A stretch of 64,000 bases of DNA from a virus (Duplodnaviria > Caudoviricetes). The DNA lies in IMG/VR virus record IMGVR_UViG_3300030333_002216, positions 4,352-68,351 of that record; one strand, 5' to 3'. Under the pieces are notes generated by a model. That model had not been told where the DNA came from and ran no database searches. It saw only the letters and a list, made by a program, of their open reading frames with translations. This document shows, piece by piece, positions 11,407 to 20,397 of the stretch; within the stretch, counting starts at the first letter, position 1; each line of letters opens with the position of its first letter. The position numbers and the translations under genes were made by a program.

Positions 11407-14385
11407 TTAACCACCAAAAGTATAGTAAAACATGATATCCGAATAACCCGGAGTTAGAGTCTTTTGTGTGGCACTTGGCCTTTTTCCCTTATGCATCGCA
11501 ATCTCATAGAGTTCACCGAAGAACTGCTCTGCGTTATTTGCTCCCCTACCTATCTTGCAATCGCTAGGGTCAAGTTTGAATGATGTGATAGTGTGACTCT
11601 CTTTCTTAATTAACTCGTCATTGAGATACAATTCAAGGGTGTTATTGTTGTATACCAAGGACACCTTGTATACCTGCTCTAGATACAATGCCTCTCTCAG
11701 TTGATTGGTGTATATCGTTGACCCTACAGTGCTACTAGGTGCAGATGCCAGAGTAATTGTATCTCCTGATACGCTTGATACTGTTCCTAGTAGGTTAGCC
11801 GAAGAGTCGTATATCTTGCTACCTGCTCCTAATTCCTCCGCTTCTCCTGAACCTACATTGATTTGGTCACTATTGCCAGCAGAGAAATTCGTGGCAGTCA
11901 AGTCGGTTATGTTATCTGACATGGCGGCACTTCCCATTGCCGCTTGATTCAACTTGGCAGTCACTACGTTATTCGCCCTAGTTGTGATTATGGTTCCATT
12001 GTGACCATTAGCCCCATCGATGGCAGTCTCTAGATTAGTGGCAGTGGTGTCATTGTTAGTCTCTGCTCTGAAGAAGGTGTATGTCCCATCGGTTGTCCCA
12101 GTAACTTCTATTGTAGAAGCCTTGTATTTCTTCAGGGTTCCAGCCGCGTCTGTGATACTGATGAAATTGTCAGGCGTTGCCCCACCAGTGAAGTTAGATT
12201 TGGTAACATTGGAGGTGTTGCTCAGTGTGATAGTGGTGTTACCACCAGTTCCTACTGTTCCCTGTGTCAAGGAGACTGTCCCTGATGAGTTACTAGCGAC
12301 TATGCTACCGTTGTGACCATTGGAATGATTTATCGCAGTTGCCAAATTAGCACCAGTGGCATTAGCATTGGCTCCTTCTTGGAAGGCCACTGCACCTGAC
12401 ACATCCCCTATGGTCTGAGTAGCACTTGTTGCGATAGCATCTCCATTTGCCACTGGAACATACTTCTTCGTTACTGGTGTTCCAGCACTATCGATAATCT
12501 GTATGTATGGTGTGTTAGTGGCATTAGCCTCAGTCACACCACCAGTAAAACCAGCAATAGTAACATGAGTATTCGTGATGCCTGTCGTCCTAGTTATGGT
12601 ATTGTTCCCACCAGCACCAACCGTTGCTTGTGTCAATGTCCGTGTAGTCCCACTATTGGATACTGTTATCTTACCATTATGACCATTGGAGTGTAGTATT
12701 GCAGTTCTCAAAGATGCCGCAGTTTGTGTAGCATCAGCACCTATTTTGAATAGGACACATTGATTACTTGCAGAGTCAGTTATCACTTGTCCAGTAGTAT
12801 GTGCAGGGTCGGTAGATGCCTTGTATTTCTTTACTGTTGAACTTCCATCATTTGAGGTTATTGTGATGAACTCAATGTCCTCCACTTCATTGACAGCAGT
12901 GACTAAATCATTATCTCCGTTGTTGTTATTAGCCCAACCATAGGGAATGTAATGTGAGTTAGTCATATTACTTCCTCTAAGGTTTGTGTCATTGTTATGG
13001 TTCTCTGGTGTAGAAGCAGTTGAAGTCAGACTGACTGCCGAACCAGAACTAGTCGCAGAGCAATCCAAGGAATACTCACTGTTACCTGCCACTGCATTAA
13101 TCGCGGCGGCTAGATTTGTTGCGACATCAGTGGTGGTTGGCATTCCAACTCCTCCACCATCTACGAAACCAAATGCTAATGCGCCGTAAGTTCCACTGTC
13201 TAACACAGAACCATTGCTTACTTGACCACCGGAATTGAACTGGAAGAACTTGTATACATCACCGCCTGAGTTGAGGACACCTACCCAATCATACGCACCC
13301 GGATTCGTGTTGGGTTGTTGAACATACATCACTTTGATTTTAGCCGTGGCATATACAGGAGGAGTGTTACAAGGTATGCTATTCGCGTTGGCAATGGTGT
13401 ATGAACCAGTAGCGGCTACGGGTGAGACATAGTTCGCTATGTCATCTGCTCCTATAGCGACTTGACCAGTAGCCTTCGCGTTCACTTCCAAGTCATTGTA
13501 GTCTGATACGGTTATGGTTCCTTGTGGATTGCTACCAGTGGCACTAGAGGACACTAATTGATAGCCTGTTGTCATATCATCATAGTAGCCAGTAGCATCA
13601 TAGTATCCTTGTAGAGAATCTACTGCCTTGATTACCGTATCGCTTTGTATGGTCTTAGTGGTTCCACCCTTGGTCAGTTCAGCAACGACCTTGTATTCTG
13701 CTGGTTGGTTGTATGAACTTGATGTGGTATTCTGCAAGTATAGTTTCAGGTTCGTATTGTGGAATAACATCATCTTCTGCGTGAGATAAGCAGAAGTTCC
13801 GAGGTAATCTACGCTCTCATATGAAGTCCGACTACCCAAGGCATCTGTAGGATATGGAGGGGTCTTTTGTGAGTCAAGCACCCCATGCTTACCAGAAGCC
13901 CTAGAACCCGCTCCATTTACGTCATATGGGGTAATTATGGCCTCTATTACGAAGTTGCTATCATGCGCCCATATTCCCCTTTCCCTAAGTTCGGTTGTAG
14001 TGGTTATGTTCTTCTTTAGGTTCTCATTGTTGGCTAATTCCTCATCGTTGTTAGCGGCCAGTGTTATCTGTGTAGCAGTGACGGCACTAACAACACCAAC
14101 CAGAGCATTGTCTGCATCATACACGTTGTCTCCGACTTCAAACTTAGTAGTGGCATCTACGGTATCTACTGCTATGTTCGTGGTTGAGTTGTCATTGATA
14201 GCCCCATTAACTAGAACGCCAGTAGACTCTAAGGTAACAGGATGTTGTATTTCCCCAGAAGCCGCCAATGCTTGTTCCTCTAGTGTGACTACTGCTGGGT
14301 CATAATCCAGATTCAGATAGCCTTCGCAGAACAGGGGGAAAACCAGTTTGTAGGAGTTCTCGATGTAAGCATTGACCATATTCAC
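11407..14385 (-). CDS. Tail/virion protein with LamG (concanavalin-like) halves and internal repeats
   Basis: 992 aa; FVIEAIITP near the N-terminus and VSLVYNNNTLELYLND..KIGRG..FFGELYEIAM at the C-terminus are LamG-like; three to four TAxxLxTAIxxxNGHNG repeats lie between them. Confidence 0.65.
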   Translation of the reverse strand: MNMVNAYIENSYKLVFPLFCEGYLNLDYDPAVVTLEEQALAASGEIQHPVTLESTGVLVNGAINDNSTTNIAVDTVDATTKFEVGDNVYDADNALVGVVSAVTATQITLAANNDEELANNENLKKNITTTTELRERGIWAHDSNFVIEAIITPYDVNGAGSRASGKHGVLDSQKTPPYPTDALGSRTSYESVDYLGTSAYLTQKMMLFHNTNLKLYLQNTTSSSYNQPAEYKVVAELTKGGTTKTIQSDTVIKAVDSLQGYYDATGYYDDMTTGYQLVSSSATGSNPQGTITVSDYNDLEVNAKATGQVAIGADDIANYVSPVAATGSYTIANANSIPCNTPPVYATAKIKVMYVQQPNTNPGAYDWVGVLNSGGDVYKFFQFNSGGQVSNGSVLDSGTYGALAFGFVDGGGVGMPTTTDVATNLAAAINAVAGNSEYSLDCSATSSGSAVSLTSTASTPENHNNDTNLRGSNMTNSHYIPYGWANNNNGDNDLVTAVNEVEDIEFITITSNDGSSTVKKYKASTDPAHTTGQVITDSASNQCVLFKIGADATQTAASLRTAILHSNGHNGKITVSNSGTTRTLTQATVGAGGNNTITRTTGITNTHVTIAGFTGGVTEANATNTPYIQIIDSAGTPVTKKYVPVANGDAIATSATQTIGDVSGAVAFQEGANANATGANLATAINHSNGHNGSIVASNSSGTVSLTQGTVGTGGNTTITLSNTSNVTKSNFTGGATPDNFISITDAAGTLKKYKASTIEVTGTTDGTYTFFRAETNNDTTATNLETAIDGANGHNGTIITTRANNVVTAKLNQAAMGSAAMSDNITDLTATNFSAGNSDQINVGSGEAEELGAGSKIYDSSANLLGTVSSVSGDTITLASAPSSTVGSTIYTNQLREALYLEQVYKVSLVYNNNTLELYLNDELIKKESHTITSFKLDPSDCKIGRGANNAEQFFGELYEIAMHKGKRPSATQKTLTPGYSDIMFYYTFGG

Positions 14386-15077
14386 CCATCCAAGAAATTC
14401 TCCGCAAGGACATATGCCTCTTCAAAGTCCAATGTGAAACCTATTGCTGGAAACTCTGCTCCAGTTATCGTAGTGTTGAAAGAGCGGATGAATCCAGTCA
14501 TTCCCACAGTAACGTCTTCTGCTCCTGTATATGGGGTGAAATACTCTGAGTTAGACCCAGCACTTGCAAACAGATTGTCATATCCCCTGTTCTTCCATGA
14601 GAAGGGTATAGTCTGTAGTTCTGATACGTCCTTTGTGGCAAGTGCGTTGTCTCCTCCATGATAGGTAAAGGTGTGGTCAACCCTACTTGGCCCCAGCACT
14701 ATCAGTTTGTTGAAATTCTGGTCATCTTGAAAAGTAGATGCATCCACATATGAGTGTATTAGTTGAGCCATCTCAAATGAAGTTAGGTTGACTTCCTTGG
14801 CGGCTTCACCATCTCTCTGTTTCTTTATTTTCTGACCAAGCAACTGCCCACTGATATTGACAGTCTTCTGTGCCATGCCCACATCGAAGGCTAGGCTAAG
14901 TGACTCCCCTTGGATTGCTCCTGAAAATGGCACTCCCATGTTCATTACTGTCTTGGAAGTGTTAATGGTCACGCTATCAGCAAAGAGGGGAATACGATTT
15001 GTGGTTCCTCCACCATAGTCGTTCCTCCTTTGTAGTTCTAGGAAGACCTTGAAATTCGCAAAGTTCTCACCAGCCAT
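14382..15077 (-). CDS. Putative distal tail / tube-initiator protein
   Basis: 231 aa directly downstream of the tape measure; beta-rich end GFIRSFNTTITG..FTLDFEEA; call rests mainly on position. Confidence 0.5.
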   Translation of the reverse strand: MAGENFANFKVFLELQRRNDYGGGTTNRIPLFADSVTINTSKTVMNMGVPFSGAIQGESLSLAFDVGMAQKTVNISGQLLGQKIKKQRDGEAAKEVNLTSFEMAQLIHSYVDASTFQDDQNFNKLIVLGPSRVDHTFTYHGGDNALATKDVSELQTIPFSWKNRGYDNLFASAGSNSEYFTPYTGAEDVTVGMTGFIRSFNTTITGAEFPAIGFTLDFEEAYVLAENFLDG

Positions 15078-16336
15078 TAGAAACCAGCCCTCGCACTTGT
15101 TGTTCTATTCATCTGCAATCCAATCTCTCTGGCTACCTTTCTTGCGATATCCCTTATCTCAGCATCAGATGCACCGACTCTACCATTGACATGAACGTGT
15201 ATTGTATTCCCTCCCATAGCCTTACTCGCGGCATTTGATAGAACCCTTGCACCTTGTGGTAGTCCTACTAATTCTGGCCCTCTCTCCCCGACCAGTGCCA
15301 TCCCGCGTTCTAAGACTCTGCCTCCTCTCCACATACCGGGTATCTTACTCTTTAACCACCCACCAGCCTTCTTTAGTCCACCTCCTTTGATGAAATCAAC
15401 CATTCCCTTAACGGTGTCAATAATTGTGGCTACTAATGCTTTCAGAATTGCAAATATCAAATGAGGCAGTTTCTTTGCCGCGCTCCAAATAACCTTACCT
15501 ATTGGAATAAGAATCCGTTCAACGTATATCTTCAACGCTTCGACTACGTTTCCCTTGAATATCGCCTTGAATATATCAAATACCGCACTTAGTATGTCCT
15601 TTACAAACGTGAGTGCTTTCTTTATGTCATCCATTCCTAGACTCATACCCATGTCGGCTAATATGCCCTTGAAGTTCTTGAAGAATTTAATCGCTAGAGG
15701 CAAGAACAGGATTAGGAGTAACATTCCAAACATGGCTCCAACTAAGAACCTAGTTGCCATCTTGAAGAGATTCTTAGTGAACTTCCACATCTTCTGTGCT
15801 TTGAAATACGCCTTCTTGTCTAATCTCCATCCTAGTTTTGAATATCGCAAATCGTCTATGGCTTTGTTTTCTAACTCAGTAACCAATTCATTGTTTATTC
15901 CTAGTTGTTCCTTGATGTCTGCTAGAAGTATCTCTTGGTAATCATCCTCACCAAACGCCTTCTTGTATGTTGCTTCGGCATCTTGATACTCCTTCGTCTT
16001 CATAGTCTCAGCATTAGAGAAGGTAACACCACCATACTCGTCTGCTATCGGGGCTGGCATGTTGTCTCTTGCTTTCTTCAGTTTAGCCATAGTGTCAGCC
16101 ATCTCACTCTGGGCTTTTATGGACTCCTTCACGTTCTCGTTGTATGCTGAAACGGCATCGGCAACTGCACGGAATTTATTCTGCACCTTCCAGAACCCAC
16201 TACCAGAAGTCATTCTGCTAACTACGTTCCACGCCTTGGATTTACTGGCGGCTTCCGCCATTCCTCCTCCAAGTTGGCTGAAACTTTCAGAGAGTTCTTT
16301 GTTAGCGGCGGCTATGGAATAAATTTCATCTGCCAT
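15077..16336 (-). CDS. Tape measure protein (short)
   Basis: 419 aa, helical, with a hydrophobic TM-like stretch and C-terminal GGRV..GMALVGERGPELV motif; follows the tail chaperone. Confidence 0.75.
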   Translation of the reverse strand: MADEIYSIAAANKELSESFSQLGGGMAEAASKSKAWNVVSRMTSGSGFWKVQNKFRAVADAVSAYNENVKESIKAQSEMADTMAKLKKARDNMPAPIADEYGGVTFSNAETMKTKEYQDAEATYKKAFGEDDYQEILLADIKEQLGINNELVTELENKAIDDLRYSKLGWRLDKKAYFKAQKMWKFTKNLFKMATRFLVGAMFGMLLLILFLPLAIKFFKNFKGILADMGMSLGMDDIKKALTFVKDILSAVFDIFKAIFKGNVVEALKIYVERILIPIGKVIWSAAKKLPHLIFAILKALVATIIDTVKGMVDFIKGGGLKKAGGWLKSKIPGMWRGGRVLERGMALVGERGPELVGLPQGARVLSNAASKAMGGNTIHVHVNGRVGASDAEIRDIARKVAREIGLQMNRTTSARAGF

Positions 16337-16340
16337 TCAC

Positions 16341-16556
16341 TCACTTCTTTATCTGCTTCTGTATTTCTTCTGATTTGTATTTCTCTACTTCCCCATGAAT
16401 AAGTAACATTTCTACCATTGTCGAAATCGTTGTGTGTTTGGCCTCCATTGGATTTATGCTGAAAACTTTACAATAGGAATATAGCAATATCTTGTATGCT
16501 ATTTCCGGCTCTACCTCTCCTCCACTTATTGCTTTTCTAATTAATCGGCTTTTCCC
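16341..16556 (-). CDS. -1 frameshift extension of the tail chaperone (gpGT-like; fusion 16900-16341, about 186 aa)
   Basis: The -1 frame from GGGAAAA (16550-16556) is open for 69 codons (SRLIRKAISGGEVEPEIAYKILLYSYCKVFSINPMEA...QIKK*) and ends 4 nt before the tape measure ATG. Confidence 0.8.
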   Translation of the reverse strand, partial: GKSRLIRKAISGGEVEPEIAYKILLYSYCKVFSINPMEAKHTTISTMVEMLLIHGEVEKYKSEEIQKQIKK

Positions 16557-16900
16557 ATATCATCCCCCATCTCCATGAAGGGGTTTGGTAGGACTTCCTT
16601 TAGTTGCGCACCAATATATGGACTCAACCGTAGGATATCTAATGGCTCTAATGGGGGTTCTGTCTTCTCAACGAATTCTGTCACTAGGTATTTGTATAGT
16701 TTATTCATGTTTATTTCCATTTCTTGTGTTCTAGAATTAATATCCATTAACTGTGAGGTCGCCTTTTCCACTTGCAACCATGTAGGTTCCTTTACCCACA
16801 CTTTCATTATTTCATCTGAGTCAGGACTTACCTTCAACTCATGGCATTCTGTTTCTGTCCTTGCGAACAGCATACTCTTATCATTTACTACATTTGTCAT
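16541..16900 (-). CDS. Tail assembly chaperone (gpG-like)
   Basis: 119 aa between tail tube and tape measure; ends in slippery G GGA AAA three codons before TAA. Confidence 0.8.
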   Translation of the reverse strand: MTNVVNDKSMLFARTETECHELKVSPDSDEIMKVWVKEPTWLQVEKATSQLMDINSRTQEMEINMNKLYKYLVTEFVEKTEPPLEPLDILRLSPYIGAQLKEVLPNPFMEMGDDMGKAD

Positions 16901-16905
16901 TTCTT

Positions 16906-16985
16906 ATTCCACCTTTTCTAACCAACAAACAAACAGTGTTGGTGGAATTTTTTTTTGAGAGATATCGTTACTCTTGATATCCCTC
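16906..16985. other. Intergenic hairpins after the tail tube gene
   Basis: ATTCCACC/GGTGGAAT inverted pair (16906-16948) and GAGAGATATC/GATATCCCTC pair (16957-16985); possible mRNA-stabilising or processing site. Confidence 0.4.
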
Positions 16986-18563
16986 CTAATTCTGTGCCGC
17001 CGCATCTGCGTTCTGTATAACCCATCTTCCTTTGTAGTAGGTTCCTGTTGCTTGACCGGCATTTCCTTCTACTAGGGTTCTTGCGGATAGAGTCACGTTC
17101 ATTTCTATTGGCCCCTTGTCTTCAGGGAATGGGACATCTACTGATTGAACGATGTAATCTGTCAGTTCTATCTGTAGGACATCATTTGCGTTTCCTTCCT
17201 TCGTGAATTTCAATCGAAGAGTCTCATCTGTCCCAGAAGAAGTATGCTCTCCTTGCGCTCTTAGGTTATCCCAAACATCTGTATCTGTGACAAGCATGGT
17301 CAAAGACACCTCATATGTCCTCTGACCGGGAATGTGCGTTGTGGTTATGTCCCTACTGTATGACCCAACGAATCTCTGTGGAGTGATGTTATTGTTGATA
17401 GTAAGACTACCAGTCTTGACTCTAGCAACAGTCTGACCGAACACGTTTATCTGTCCTCCTGAAAACAGGTATGGTTGATTATCCGAATCGGTGCTACTGT
17501 AGTTCTGGAAGGAAGTGTGCGTTCTAACGTTGTTCTTTGGATGATATCCAAGTGGTGAATCGAATGCTCTTCTAGACACCAAGTCTAGACTTGCCTTGAC
17601 TTCTTGTCCCTCTTCAAAGTTCAACGTGAGGGTATTCAATTGGCATCCTGTGTAGATTCTTGAGTAAATGTCCTTGAATGGTCTAGCAGTAGCATCTGTG
17701 CTGGTTCCTTCTGAACCCACATAGTAGTGAGCATCAGCAATGTCTCCCTTCTCCATCGTAACGTCCAAGGCAAAGGATGGTAAGTGGTCAGCATTACTCT
17801 CCTTGAAGCCATAGGTGATGGCATTAGTCGCATGAACCACCTTCATATCCCCATAGGCCTTTACATCTGTAATGCTACTGTCTTCCATAGGTGGATACAG
17901 TTTACCAGAAATTGCTCTAACGAAGGTAGTCTGGTCATCACCAGTAGTGACGAATCCGCTTCCATCCGAAGCAAGGGTAGCACCAGCAGTGTGTGTTACA
18001 TTCTTTATCGAACCTAGAGCATAGTAAAGCCACATGCCATTACCAAGGGATATATCCATAGAACCACCGCTTACTGTCTCGTTCTTCTTGAATTGATAGC
18101 CAAAGTTTCTACCAGACAAGGCCAATGAGACTTGACCTAATTCTATGTCTACTGATGGAGGAGTAATTGTGTTGACCAGACCTAGCCAATTGTCTGCCAA
18201 TAGTTTTGGTTTATTATCAGCGACCTTTGGTGAGGGGATAGGTGCGCCAAATGCGTGAATCCTAACATGCAGAACATTGCCATCAGCCCCAACATCCCTG
18301 TCAAATGTAATGGTGTCAGCAGTATTAGCCGTAATCATGCAAACTGTCTTCGGGTCATTGGCAGTAGTATCGTTAGTGACAGTAGCCATGCATCCAACAT
18401 ACAGGCCGGGAACCAAATCCTGTAGTTCTGTTTCAAATCCATCTGCACCGTTTGTTCCGTTGCATTCGGCATTTACTAGGTATATGTCCATCTCTGGAAT
18501 CATTGTTGCCGATGCACCTGCACCTACCCATACTTGATTTGCTAGTGATGTTGTTGTTGCCAT
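16986..18563 (-). CDS. Major tail (tube) protein
   Basis: 525 aa; YTGCQLNTLTLNFEEG, SLTINNNI, GQRTYEVSLTM tail-tube motifs; immediately upstream of the chaperone. Confidence 0.8.
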   Translation of the reverse strand: MATTTSLANQVWVGAGASATMIPEMDIYLVNAECNGTNGADGFETELQDLVPGLYVGCMATVTNDTTANDPKTVCMITANTADTITFDRDVGADGNVLHVRIHAFGAPIPSPKVADNKPKLLADNWLGLVNTITPPSVDIELGQVSLALSGRNFGYQFKKNETVSGGSMDISLGNGMWLYYALGSIKNVTHTAGATLASDGSGFVTTGDDQTTFVRAISGKLYPPMEDSSITDVKAYGDMKVVHATNAITYGFKESNADHLPSFALDVTMEKGDIADAHYYVGSEGTSTDATARPFKDIYSRIYTGCQLNTLTLNFEEGQEVKASLDLVSRRAFDSPLGYHPKNNVRTHTSFQNYSSTDSDNQPYLFSGGQINVFGQTVARVKTGSLTINNNITPQRFVGSYSRDITTTHIPGQRTYEVSLTMLVTDTDVWDNLRAQGEHTSSGTDETLRLKFTKEGNANDVLQIELTDYIVQSVDVPFPEDKGPIEMNVTLSARTLVEGNAGQATGTYYKGRWVIQNADAAAQN

Positions 18564-18574
18564 TTTACTCTCAC

Positions 18575-19102
18575 CTATACGCTGATAGCCATCCTCTTCA
18601 TCTCTACCGTCAACTTGTAGCCCAATAACCTTTTGTTCCTATCGTTGGCTTCACTCCTACTCTGTAGTTTGATTAGTTGCGCACTGTCCTCTACGTTATT
18701 GCTACTATTACCGCCAACATATACCTTTGGTTGTAGGCTATTATTCTCAAGGATATATCTCGCTATCCTATAGAGTGCTTGAAGCCTATCTCTAGAGAAC
18801 GTGAGTTCGGAGAAATCCCTCCTATGCATAGTTCTAATGTGAACTGTGAAACCGAATGTCTCGTTTCTTACTGCATAATCAATTGTTGGATACTCAGTAG
18901 AGCCACTGTCCTCATAGACGATAACTACTGACTTTGAATCCATGTCGACTCTTCTTCCCTCATTAGGAGCAATGGAACGGACATCTATGAAATTAGGAGT
19001 CTCATTGTGGTTGGATGTTATATCACCGCTACTAACCAAAGCAGAAGCGGCTGATGCCCAATTATCACTTAGGAGTCTAATTAGGAAAGTTACCTCATCC
19101 AC
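18575..19102 (-). CDS. Putative tail terminator/completion protein
   Basis: 175 aa; position just upstream of the tail tube; LLSDNW...VHIRT...RIARYIL pattern. Confidence 0.55.
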   Translation of the reverse strand: MDEVTFLIRLLSDNWASAASALVSSGDITSNHNETPNFIDVRSIAPNEGRRVDMDSKSVVIVYEDSGSTEYPTIDYAVRNETFGFTVHIRTMHRRDFSELTFSRDRLQALYRIARYILENNSLQPKVYVGGNSSNNVEDSAQLIKLQSRSEANDRNKRLLGYKLTVEMKRMAISV

Positions 19103-19295
19103 CTTTCAACACTTCCTTAGTAGCCTTCTTTATTTCATCCATCATTCTTGCGTGGTATGCCTTCTGTGCCTCTTCTACAACACTCTCATCAGACAATGCG
19201 AACTCTGCATAAGCACTATCCTTGAGAAGCGCGTTCCTTTCTTTCTCCCGTTCTAATATCTCTTCAAGAATTTTAGTTGCATTTATGTTTTCCAT
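19095..19295 (-). CDS. Small helical hypothetical protein
   Basis: 66 aa, fills the operon gap and overlaps the next start. Confidence 0.6.
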   Translation of the reverse strand: MENINATKILEEILEREKERNALLKDSAYAEFALSDESVVEEAQKAYHARMMDEIKKATKEVLKGG

Positions 19296-19299
19296 ATTA

Positions 19300-20397
19300 T
19301 CACGAAATGAAGTATACCATATTTGCCTTGCCCTTCAAAGTCGCATTAGCCTCTTCTACTAGGATATCGTGCTTCGTCTTCAAGTCAATATTAGATTGCG
19401 TTTCTGCGATTAGGATTGAGTTGTCATCATGTCGTATGACTTCGGCGGCAACTAGTTTCGTAGCGGCATCATGAATGGTAGCGGGAACCCTGCCTTCACC
19501 TGCGACATATGTGACTCTTACTGAGTGTCTCTCCAAGTATGGATAATTCTGATGGAAGAATATCTTACCCTCATCTCCTATAGTCCAATAATCACCCATC
19601 CTACGCTGGTCTTGATTGTCAGTGAAGTTAGTGACTGACCCATATGTCGAGGAGATTGTGCAATTAGTTCCATCCTCTCCCATTAGCAAGGATGAGATGA
19701 CAACCGTAGTGCTATCCTCACTGTTAGTGGTGGCATAGAAGAAATCAGATATGTTGACTGAGTTTCCAGTATCCTGAAGCGATTTAGCGGCAGTCTCACC
19801 AGTGAACTTAGCCGTCTTCATTGGATATACCTCGTTGATTGCATCGACAATCTGACTAGCAGTCGTCTTAGCACCGAAGTTGTCATAGAAATCCCTGACA
19901 GAGTTATCAGCCAAATTCCTGATATTGAACGTGTATGTCGTAGGAGAACCAACGGTGAGGGCTATAGTCCAGTCGTTTGTAGTTGCAGTAGACGGAACCT
20001 TCAGAGTAGCAGTAGCAGAAGCCAAGTCTACCCATTCAGTTCCTTGCCATACCTCTAACCTAACTATTTTCTGCACTTTAGGATACGATAGTTGAACGAA
20101 TCCTACATAATCCTTGTATGTTCGTAATGGGTATTGTCCTTGTTGAAAACCCTCAAACGAATGGAACTCGTCTTTGTAGATAGTTGGTCGATAAGAGGTC
20201 TTCGTCTTGTCATCTATCTTCTCCTCGACTCTCTTGATTATCTTCCCTACCTCTGCAATAGTGGGAGTAGTTGAATTGGTAAACGAATTGATTTGAAGGA
20301 GATTGGAGACATCAGTATGTGTGGTGTAATACCCAGTCCCATTAGTGTAGTTGGGATTGATTGCTGTGAAATCACTAGGTGAGGATACCTTGCCCAT
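19300..20397 (-). CDS. Head-tail connector/adaptor with an inserted domain
   Basis: YTTHTDVSNLL...IKRVEEKID N-terminus and VRVTYVAG..VPATIHDAATKLVA C-terminus are typical of gp6/gp15-like adaptors. Confidence 0.75.
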   Translation of the reverse strand: MGKVSSPSDFTAINPNYTNGTGYYTTHTDVSNLLQINSFTNSTTPTIAEVGKIIKRVEEKIDDKTKTSYRPTIYKDEFHSFEGFQQGQYPLRTYKDYVGFVQLSYPKVQKIVRLEVWQGTEWVDLASATATLKVPSTATTNDWTIALTVGSPTTYTFNIRNLADNSVRDFYDNFGAKTTASQIVDAINEVYPMKTAKFTGETAAKSLQDTGNSVNISDFFYATTNSEDSTTVVISSLLMGEDGTNCTISSTYGSVTNFTDNQDQRRMGDYWTIGDEGKIFFHQNYPYLERHSVRVTYVAGEGRVPATIHDAATKLVAAEVIRHDDNSILIAETQSNIDLKTKHDILVEEANATLKGKANMVYFIS

